The position numbers and the translations under genes were made by a program. Below are positions 57,043-64,000 of a stretch of DNA of 64,000 bases, piece by piece; position 1 is the stretch's first letter; each line of letters begins with the position of its first letter. Source of the stretch: Nitrosopumilaceae archaeon (lineage in GTDB: Archaea > Thermoproteota > Nitrososphaeria > Nitrososphaerales > Nitrosopumilaceae); the NCBI GenBank assembly GCA_965203465.1, contig CBDBCR010000001.1:96001-160000 (forward strand), in the 5' to 3' direction. Below the pieces are notes generated by a model. It was not told where the DNA came from. It ran no database searches and saw nothing but the letters and a program-made list of their open reading frames with translations.

Positions 57043-57852
57043 CATCCCGCGCACGCCCTCGCGCAGCCCGATCCCGGCGACAAAGCCGGCCTCCGCCAGC
57101 CTCGCGGCCGAGGCCCCGCTCGCGCGCACGTCCCCGGGCCCCGCCGGTGCGCGCTCGGGCTCGCCGATGCCCGATCCCGCAAAGTACCCAAGCAGCTGGC
57201 CCACCGACGTCGAGACTCCGGTGGCCAGGTTGTACGTGCCGCCCGGCCCAGATCCGGCCATGTAGGCCATGCAGGCGGCCACATCGCGCACGTGCACAAA
57301 GTCGCGCGTCTGCGAGCCGTCGCCGCGCAGCAGGGGCCGGCCCTTCGAGGCGGCAGCTTGGGCGAACTTGGACACGACGCCGCGCCCGCCCGGCCCGTAC
57401 GCGTTGAATATGCGCAGCACCACTTTTTTGGGCACCGCCGAGCGCAGCACCAGCCGCTCGCCCTCGGCCTTTGTCCTGCCGTACGCCGAGACGGGGCGCA
57501 GGGCGTCGTCCTCCGACGCGCTTGCCGTCTCGCCGTACACCGCCGCCGAGGAGGCGAATACCAGCGCGCCGACCCCTGCCGACTCGCAGGCGCGCACCAC
57601 GTTGGCCGTGCCGTCCACGTTGGTCCTGCGCGCCCCCCCCGGATCCGCCTCTGCCGTAGAGACGTCGCTGACCGCGGCCAGGTGCACCACCGCGTCCCGC
57701 CCCGCCACCGCCGCCGGGAGGCTTTTTTCGTCCAGTATGTCGCCGCCCGGCCCCGCTATGTCGTACACAGTAACTTTGCAGCCGCCGAGCGCCGCGCAAA
57801 GATGCGAGCCGATAAAGCCGGCCCCGCCGGTCACGGTTATCCTCGCAGGCAC
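56944..57852 (-). CDS. NAD-dependent epimerase/dehydratase
   Basis: TGGAGFIGSH, HLAA, SSAAVYG, YGRTK, GDGSQTRDFVHV. Confidence 0.92.
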   Translation of the reverse strand: MPARITVTGGAGFIGSHLCAALGGCKVTVYDIAGPGGDILDEKSLPAAVAGRDAVVHLAAVSDVSTAEADPGGARRTNVDGTANVVRACESAGVGALVFASSAAVYGETASASEDDALRPVSAYGRTKAEGERLVLRSAVPKKVVLRIFNAYGPGGRGVVSKFAQAAASKGRPLLRGDGSQTRDFVHVRDVAACMAYMAGSGPGGTYNLATGVSTSVGQLLGYFAGSGIGEPERAPAGPGDVRASGASAARLAEAGFVAGIGLREGVRGMLGPVPDQVGHGEQQYGRDQQYGAQQEQHDGGH

Positions 57853-57891
57853 GGCCCCGCCCCCGCGCCGGGCGGTATAACGTCTTTCGGC

Positions 57892-58077
57892 TCACGCGCC
57901 GCGCCTGTTCCTGTACAGAAAAATTACCACTATCGCCGCGGCCGCGATTAGTATAATAGACAAGGCGGCGACGGAGAACTGGGGCGGGTACGGTGCAGGT
58001 TCCTCCCAGCCTTTCGCAGTCCCGCTCCAGCCCCCGCTCTGCAAAAGCAGGCCCTGCAGCAACACCGCGAAATCCAC
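57892..58077 (-). CDS. Small single-TM protein
   Basis: C-terminal hydrophobic helix followed by YRNRR; start uncertain. Confidence 0.45.
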   Translation of the reverse strand: MDFAVLLQGLLLQSGGWSGTAKGWEEPAPYPPQFSVAALSIILIAAAAIVVIFLYRNRRGA

Positions 58078-58229
58078 GCCCGCCCCCGCCCCCGCCCTGG
58101 AAAAAACTCTTCGTACTCGTCCTGAAACCGCCCCGCTTTCCGGAAGGGCCGCGCGCACGGCAACCCGCCGCTTGCAAGGTATAATTGCGGGGCCGCCCCG
58201 CGCGCGGCGTTGCTTGGGGGCGTCGAGGG

Positions 58230-58610
58230 GTGAAGTGCCTGTCGATAGCGCAGCCGTTCGCGCACCTCGTCGTTACCGGCAGGAAAAAGATAGAGCTGCG
58301 CACTTGGAACACCCGCTTCCGCGGACCGTTCCTGGTGCACGCGCCGCTAAAGGTGCGCGCAGCCGACATGAGGCGCCTCGGGGTGCCCGAGCAGCCGACC
58401 GGCGCCATAGTGGGACGGGCCGAGATATCGGACGTAAGGACGTACGAGACGGCCTCCGCGCTGCGCAGGGACAGGCGCCTGCACCTGTCGAACCGCAAGC
58501 TGGAGGGCACCGTGTACGGGTTCGTAGTGCGCCGCCCCAGAAAGTTCCGCACCCCCGTGCCGCGCAAGGGCATGCTCGGGTTCTTCAACGTGGACGGCCT
58601 TGACCGGTAG
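58230..58610 (+). CDS. ASCH domain protein
   Basis: LSIAQPFAHLVVTGRKKIELRTWNTRFRGPFLVHA...GAIVG...KGMLGFF. Confidence 0.9.
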   Translation: MKCLSIAQPFAHLVVTGRKKIELRTWNTRFRGPFLVHAPLKVRAADMRRLGVPEQPTGAIVGRAEISDVRTYETASALRRDRRLHLSNRKLEGTVYGFVVRRPRKFRTPVPRKGMLGFFNVDGLDR

Positions 58611-59526
58611 CGGCGCGCCGGTCGGCGCCGGCGCCATAGTCTGCGCCGACGCGCGAGAGGCGATGGGCCGCATACGCGCCGGCAGCGTGGACCTGAGCTT
58701 TTGGTCGCCGCCGTACTTTGTGGGGAAATCGTACGAAAAGCACCTAGACTTTGCTGGGTGGCAGGAGCTGGTAGCCGGCGCGGTGCGAGCCCACTCGCGC
58801 GTGCTCAAGCCGGGCGGGTTCATGGCCGTCAACATAGGCGACATACTCTCGTTCGAGGATCCGGCCATGCCCCGCATACAGGCCGACATGGTGTCGGGCA
58901 AGCGCTCGCCTGTCACCAAAAAGCGGGTGCTGGCCGCCAAGAAAAAAATGCCGGGGGCGGACAGGCGCGAGCTGGCAGCGGCCCTCGGATGCAGCGAGCA
59001 GACGGTGCAGCGGCGGCTGGAGCACAACAACGTGCGCGGCGGCAAGCACGCGTGCGGCACCCGGGTGGTCATGACCGGCGCGATGGTGGCAGGCTGGGCC
59101 GAAGACGCCGGCCTGTACCTGTACGACAGGAGGGTATGGCACAAGGATCCGGCCTGGGCCAACAGCAGGTGGCACTCGGGCTCGTACAGGTCGGTGGACG
59201 AGCACGAGAACGTGCTGGTGTTCTGGAAGCCGGGCATCACCGTATACGACAGGCGGCGGCTGACCGACGGCGAGTGGGGCAGCTGGGGCTCGCGGGGCGT
59301 CTGGAAGATACCGTCGGTCCGGCGCAACGGCCGCCACGAGGCCGAGTTCCCCGAAGAGCTCGCGAGGCGGGTGATCAGACTCTTTTCGCCGCGCGGGGGG
59401 CTGGTGCTGGATCCGTTCGTGGGGACCGGTACGACCGCCGCGGTGGCAAAGGCCGAGGGGCGCAGGTGGATAGGGATAGACTCCGACCCGCGGTGCGCGC
59501 GCATGGCGAGGCGCAGGGTGGCCTAG
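58600..59526 (+). CDS. Beta-class DNA amino-methyltransferase (SPPY, m4C-type) with internal HTH
   Basis: WSPPY, HEAEFPEEL, VLDPFVGTGTT, IGID. Confidence 0.9.
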   Translation: MTGSGAPVGAGAIVCADAREAMGRIRAGSVDLSFWSPPYFVGKSYEKHLDFAGWQELVAGAVRAHSRVLKPGGFMAVNIGDILSFEDPAMPRIQADMVSGKRSPVTKKRVLAAKKKMPGADRRELAAALGCSEQTVQRRLEHNNVRGGKHACGTRVVMTGAMVAGWAEDAGLYLYDRRVWHKDPAWANSRWHSGSYRSVDEHENVLVFWKPGITVYDRRRLTDGEWGSWGSRGVWKIPSVRRNGRHEAEFPEELARRVIRLFSPRGGLVLDPFVGTGTTAAVAKAEGRRWIGIDSDPRCARMARRRVA

Positions 59527-59852
59527 TACCCCTGCTCCTGCCTGCGCACGTTGATCTCGTTCTTTCTCCTGTACTCTTTTAGCACGGCCTCGGGCTCCAT
59601 GCCCAGCTCTATGGACGCCTGCACCACAAAGTGCCAGATGTCTATCAGCTCTTCGCGCGCGGCGCCCTCGTCGAAGCCGGACGGCGACTTCCACCACTTC
59701 CAGTTGGTCAGGCGCTGCAGTTCCACTGCCTCGTGGACTATGGCCGTGCACAGCGCAGAGACGCGCGCCTCTGTCTCTTGGGGGTACCTGCCCAGGTCGG
59801 ACTTTACGACGAACCCGCGCTGCATCTCGAATATTTCTTCCATGCTGTCCAC
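59523..59852 (-). CDS. All-alpha NTP pyrophosphatase (dimeric dUTPase-like)
   Basis: HEAVEL...WKWWK...EELIDIWHF...KNEINVRRQEQGY. Confidence 0.88.
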   Translation of the reverse strand: MDSMEEIFEMQRGFVVKSDLGRYPQETEARVSALCTAIVHEAVELQRLTNWKWWKSPSGFDEGAAREELIDIWHFVVQASIELGMEPEAVLKEYRRKNEINVRRQEQGY

Positions 59853-59984
59853 GCGCGCACCGCGCCCCGCCCCGCATTTAGATCTTGCCCCCGGCCGCCG
59901 CCCGGTGCCCGGAAACCCGAGCGCGCGGCCCGTCCGGCGAAAACACAAACATGGTTTTTATACAAACCGGCGGCCGCGCCGCCG

Positions 59985-60539
59985 ATGGAGCGCCACCTCC
60001 AAGAGTCGGACCGCAACTACAGGGTGTTCCTGTACGTCTTTTACCTGTGCGGGTTCCTGATGCTGTCCATATTCGCCTACGGCCTGTACGCGATGCTCTC
60101 GGAGTGGGCCGAGACGGGCACGTACGTGATGGGCGAGGTGCTCGTCACCACGCACGTGCCGTTCGACGGGTTCGCGAAACTGACCACCTGGCTGTTCTTC
60201 GCCGGCGTCATCGGCTGGTACTGCTGCAGCCGCATAGGCTGGAAGCGGACCACCTCGAGGCAGCTTGGCGGCGCCCGGCTGGCGCTGCTGCAGCTCATGC
60301 TGCTCGGGTTCGCGATCATATGCGGCTACGAGGTGCTGTGGAACTTTACCGTGCTGTACTCCCAGATAGAGGCGGGCACCGTGGGCGGCGCGGTGCCCGA
60401 CATCGACACGCTCTCGGTGGGCTATCCGGATCCGGACAGGCCGTGGAACCTGATATTCGCCACCAAAATATTTCTGATGGGCGCCATCATAAGCGCGCAC
60501 GCGTTCTACCTGAGCACGAGGCCGCGCAAGACGATCTGA
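59985..60539 (+). CDS. Four-TM membrane protein
   Basis: Four hydrophobic segments; TTTATA upstream. Confidence 0.75.
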   Translation: MERHLQESDRNYRVFLYVFYLCGFLMLSIFAYGLYAMLSEWAETGTYVMGEVLVTTHVPFDGFAKLTTWLFFAGVIGWYCCSRIGWKRTTSRQLGGARLALLQLMLLGFAIICGYEVLWNFTVLYSQIEAGTVGGAVPDIDTLSVGYPDPDRPWNLIFATKIFLMGAIISAHAFYLSTRPRKTI

Positions 60540-60575
60540 AGGCTTTATAGTGGAACCGCGGCGCCCCGGCGCGTC

Positions 60576-61598
60576 TTGGACGCGCAGGAAAAGGCCGAGC
60601 TGGTCGCCCGCGCGCCCACCGAGGAGATAGTCACGCGCGACGAGCTGCTCGCCCTGTTCGAGACGGACGACTCGCCGCGCCACTACATCGGGCTGGAGGT
60701 CTCCGGGCTGCTGCACTTGGGCAGCCTGATGACGGCTGGCTTCAAGATAAACGACTTTGCGCGCGCGGGCGTACAGTGCACCGTGTTTCTGGCAGACTGG
60801 CACACCGTCATAAACGACAAGCTGGGCGGCGACTGGGACGCGGCCAGGCGCGTCTCGCGCTACTACGAGGCCGCGTTCGGGGCCGTCTGCCCGGGCGTGC
60901 GGATAAGGACCGGCTCGGAGCTGTGCGCCTCTAGCGAGTACTGGGCCGACGTGGTGCGCTTTTCCAAACACATGTCGATGGCAAGGACCATGCGCTCGCT
61001 GACCATCATGGGCAGGTCCGAGGCCGACAAGACCGACCTTGCAAAGCTGCTCTACCCCCCGATGCAGGCCGTCGACATCCACCACCTGGGGGCCCGGATA
61101 GCGCACGCGGGGATGGACCAGCGCAAGATCCACATGCTGGCCCGCGAGATCTTCCCCAAGCTGGGCCTGGAGCCGCCCGTCGCGGTGCACCACCGCCTGC
61201 TGCCCGGGCTGGGCAGGCCAGAGGCCGAGGGCCGGCCCGCCAAGATGAGCAAGTCCGATCCGGACTCGGGCATATCCATACACGACACGGACGAGCAGAT
61301 CGCCGCAAAGATAAAAAAATCCTGGTGCGAGCAGGGCCGCGTCGAGAACAACCCGCTGCTGGCCATAGCGCGCGACGTGATACTCCACGAGCTCGACGAG
61401 CTGAACGTGGAGCGCCCGCAAAAGTTCGGCGGCGACCGCGCGTACGCCTCGTACGCAGAGCTGGAGTCGGACTTTGCGGCCGGCGGAGTGCATCCGGCCG
61501 ACCTCAAGGGGGCCGTCTCGCGCTGCCTCGCCAAGATACTGGCGCCGGTCCGCTCGAAGGTGAAGCTGGACGAGCAGACGCGCGAGCTGCTCAGATGA
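60576..61598 (+). CDS. tyrS: Tyrosyl-tRNA synthetase
   Basis: YIGLEVSGLLHLG (HIGH), YPPMQAVD, GMDQRKIH, KMSKS. Confidence 0.95.
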   Translation: MDAQEKAELVARAPTEEIVTRDELLALFETDDSPRHYIGLEVSGLLHLGSLMTAGFKINDFARAGVQCTVFLADWHTVINDKLGGDWDAARRVSRYYEAAFGAVCPGVRIRTGSELCASSEYWADVVRFSKHMSMARTMRSLTIMGRSEADKTDLAKLLYPPMQAVDIHHLGARIAHAGMDQRKIHMLAREIFPKLGLEPPVAVHHRLLPGLGRPEAEGRPAKMSKSDPDSGISIHDTDEQIAAKIKKSWCEQGRVENNPLLAIARDVILHELDELNVERPQKFGGDRAYASYAELESDFAAGGVHPADLKGAVSRCLAKILAPVRSKVKLDEQTRELLR

Positions 61599-61983
61599 CG
61601 AGCAGCTTTACGTCGTCCATCTTGCGGCTGGTCTGGAACCCGCGCGTGACATCGTTTATCCGATCGCCGTCGCCGCCGAGCACGAATATCTCTACGCACC
61701 TGCTGCCGTCTATCTTGTTGTGCAGGTGCGTGGTGATCAGATCCTCGTAGTCGTGCTTTATCCCGGCCACCTCCGCGTCGAACTCGTCGGCGTGGACCAC
61801 CAAGAGTATGGCGCTGGCCGAGCCGGAAATCTCGCGCTTTTGCTTCTCTTCCTGCACGAACGCGCGTATCCCGGCCCTGATCATCTCGGAGCGCCCGGTA
61901 AACCCCATCTCTTTCTGGAGGCTCTCCAGCTCGTCGAACATGTCGCTGCTGAGCGAGATCGAGACTATCTTGATGCCTGCCAT
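61591..61983 (-). CDS. nikR: NikR-family ribbon-helix-helix metalloregulator
   Basis: IVSISL...GFTGRSEMIR RHH domain; H...HLH...C.E metal-binding domain. Confidence 0.85.
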   Translation of the reverse strand: MAGIKIVSISLSSDMFDELESLQKEMGFTGRSEMIRAGIRAFVQEEKQKREISGSASAILLVVHADEFDAEVAGIKHDYEDLITTHLHNKIDGSRCVEIFVLGGDGDRINDVTRGFQTSRKMDDVKLLVI

Positions 61984-62105
61984 TATTCGCCGCCCCGCGT
62001 CCGTCTTAATAAATTATAGTTGGGGGCTGTTATTTGGTTATTAACTTCCTGCCCAAAGTCATCATTTCCTATTAACTTAAATAATCCCCCTGATAACCCC
62101 CGCCC

Positions 62106-63311
62106 ATGGTTAGAACTTGGCTTGCGGCAGTCGCGGGCGTAGCGGCAGTAGCCGCGGTGGTAGCGGCCGTGGCTGCGATGTCGGTGACGACGCAGCCTGA
62201 ACCAAGCGAGCAGATCACCGTCTATGCCTCGTTCTTTCCATACTATGAATTTGCGAGGGGCGTGGCGGGCGAGGACGCGCAGGTGACGCAGCTGACGCCG
62301 GGCGGCGCCGACGCGCACGACTGGGAGCCGAGCCCGGGGCAGGTGCGCAACTTGGCCGCGGCCGACGTGTTCGTGTACAACGGGCTGGGTCTGGAGCCGT
62401 ACACGGAGCAGATGGAGCGCTCGCAAGAGTTTGCCGATGTGGAGTTTGTGCCGGCCGGAAGATCCGTCTCTCTCATCTACGGCTACGACGAATCGTTCAT
62501 GCATGCGGGGCACGACGATCATGACGATCACGGCGACGAGCACGCGGACGAAGAGGATCATGCAGACGAGGAGGACCATGGTGACGAACACACCGACGAG
62601 GAGGACCACGCGGACGAAGAGGATCACGGAGACGAGCACGCGGACGAAGAGATGCACGCCGACGAGGAGGACCACGCGGACGAAGAGGATCACGGAGACG
62701 ACCACGCCGACGAAGAGATGCACGCCGACGAGGAGGACCACGCGGACGACGACCACGGCGACGAAGAGATGCACGCCGACGAAGAGGATCACGGCGACGA
62801 GCACGCCGACGACGCAGACCCGCACGTGTGGCTGGATCCGGCAAGGGCCAAGGTGCAGGTCGACGCCATAGCCGAGGCGCTCTCGCGCGCCGATCCGGCC
62901 CGCGCCGACGCGTACCGCGGCAACGCGGCTGCGTACAAGGCGGAGCTGGACGCGCTGCACGACTACATGTCCGCGACGCTGCAGGACTGCAGCGGCCGCG
63001 CGTTCGTCACACTGCATCCGGCGTTCGAGTACCTTGCAGACAGGTACGGCTTGGAGCAGGTCAACATCGGCCGCGCGTCGGCCGAGCTGTCGGCAGCCGA
63101 GATATCGGAAGCCATCGAGACGCTGGAGGGGGCGCAGACATCGGTAATATTCGGAGAAACGGCAAAGGAACCACGGTTCGCCGAGGTTCTTGCAGCAGAG
63201 GCCGGCGCCGATGTCATGGTGCTGGACACGCTAGAGTCGCCCTCGGAGTCCTACTTGGAGGCGATGCGGTACAACGCCGACACGCTGGCCGAGGGTCTGG
63301 ATTGCCGCTGA
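62106..63311 (+). CDS. Cluster A-I (ZnuA/TroA-like) metal ABC substrate-binding protein with long His/Asp/Glu loop
   Basis: DAHDWEPSP, NGLGLE, DPHVWLDP, HPAFEYLADRYGL. Confidence 0.93.
   Translation: MVRTWLAAVAGVAAVAAVVAAVAAMSVTTQPEPSEQITVYASFFPYYEFARGVAGEDAQVTQLTPGGADAHDWEPSPGQVRNLAAADVFVYNGLGLEPYTEQMERSQEFADVEFVPAGRSVSLIYGYDESFMHAGHDDHDDHGDEHADEEDHADEEDHGDEHTDEEDHADEEDHGDEHADEEMHADEEDHADEEDHGDDHADEEMHADEEDHADDDHGDEEMHADEEDHGDEHADDADPHVWLDPARAKVQVDAIAEALSRADPARADAYRGNAAAYKAELDALHDYMSATLQDCSGRAFVTLHPAFEYLADRYGLEQVNIGRASAELSAAEISEAIETLEGAQTSVIFGETAKEPRFAEVLAAEAGADVMVLDTLESPSESYLEAMRYNADTLAEGLDCR
62510..62815 (+). repeat. Coding tandem repeat (HADEED/HADEEM/HGDE units)
   Basis: Repeated CACGC(G/C)GACGA(A/G)GAG units. 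Confidence 0.9.
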
Positions 63312-64000
63312 ACGTCCTAGAGGCGCGTAGCATCTCGGCCGGGTACCCTGGCAGGCCGGCCGTGCAGGCTGTCACGTTCTCGGTGCCCGAAGGGGAGCTG
63401 CTCGGCATAATCGGGCCCAACGGGGCGGGCAAGACGACCCTCTTCCGGGCCATACTGGGCCTGCACCCGTACACGGGAATGGTGCGGCTGTTCGGGCAGC
63501 CGGGCGCGAGCATGGTGCCGCTCGTCGGGTACGTGCCCCAGCGCGTCTCGTTCGAGCCCAACTTTCCGGCCACGGTGCGCGAAATCGTGTCCATGGGGCT
63601 GATCTCGGAGAGGCGCGACAGGGCCGCCCAGAAGGTGCTGCAGGCTGCCGGATACGGGCGCAACCGGACGCCGGGCGGCACGTCCGAAAAGATAGAGGGG
63701 GCGCTGCGCACCGCCGGCGTGGAGGATCTCGCCGGGCGCCGCATAGGCGAGCTGAGCGGCGGCGAGCAGCAGCGCGTCTTCATAGCAAAGGCGCTCGCCA
63801 AGGATCCGGCCCTGCTGATACTCGACGAGCCGGTCACCGGCGTGGACGCGGACACGCAGGCGCGGTTCTACGCGGCCGTCCAGAAGGCCAACCGCGAGAG
63901 GGGCATCGCGACGGTGTGGTCCTCGCACGACCTAGACGCGATACAAAAGTACGCCAGCCGGGTCGCGTGCATGGACAAGAACCTGTTCTTCCACGGCTCC
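63302..64000 (+). CDS. Metal ABC transporter ATPase (ZnuC-like), runs off the window
   Basis: Manual translation: GPNGAGKTT, GYVPQ, LSGGEQQR, LILDEP, SSHD. Confidence 0.92.
   Translation, partial: MPLNVLEARSISAGYPGRPAVQAVTFSVPEGELLGIIGPNGAGKTTLFRAILGLHPYTGMVRLFGQPGASMVPLVGYVPQRVSFEPNFPATVREIVSMGLISERRDRAAQKVLQAAGYGRNRTPGGTSEKIEGALRTAGVEDLAGRRIGELSGGEQQRVFIAKALAKDPALLILDEPVTGVDADTQARFYAAVQKANRERGIATVWSSHDLDAIQKYASRVACMDKNLFFHGS

Overview
GC-rich archaeal chromosomal segment. The gene set (PolD DP1/DP2, Orc1/Cdc6 with ORB repeats, ESCRT-III/CdvB paralog, thermosome, GGGP synthase, CFI-box-CTERM surface proteins, urease) points to an ammonia-oxidising Nitrososphaerota (Thaumarchaeota) genome, probably Nitrosopumilaceae/Cenarchaeum-like; the taxonomy is inferred. 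The window contains the probable replication origin (~19.2-19.5 kb), housekeeping genes, tRNA-Pro(GGG), a complete urease system split into divergent ureABC and ureEFGD arms, an SNF2+SWIM pair and a NikR-like regulator with a metal ABC transporter. The best candidate for an undescribed system is a locus with a divergent MscS channel, a KamA-family radical-SAM aminomutase and a second glutamine synthetase with an altered substrate loop, which may make a beta-amino-acid (beta-glutamate/beta-glutamine) osmolyte. Other candidates are a structured ncRNA at ~4.2 kb, a DDE-less IS630-derived HTH gene between the urease arms, a low-GC PD-(D/E)XK nuclease islet with a hairpin, and an ASCH + HTH-containing DNA methyltransferase + dUTPase-like module. 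All family calls come from reading motifs by eye; no searches were run. Several start codons were reassigned relative to the ORF track.
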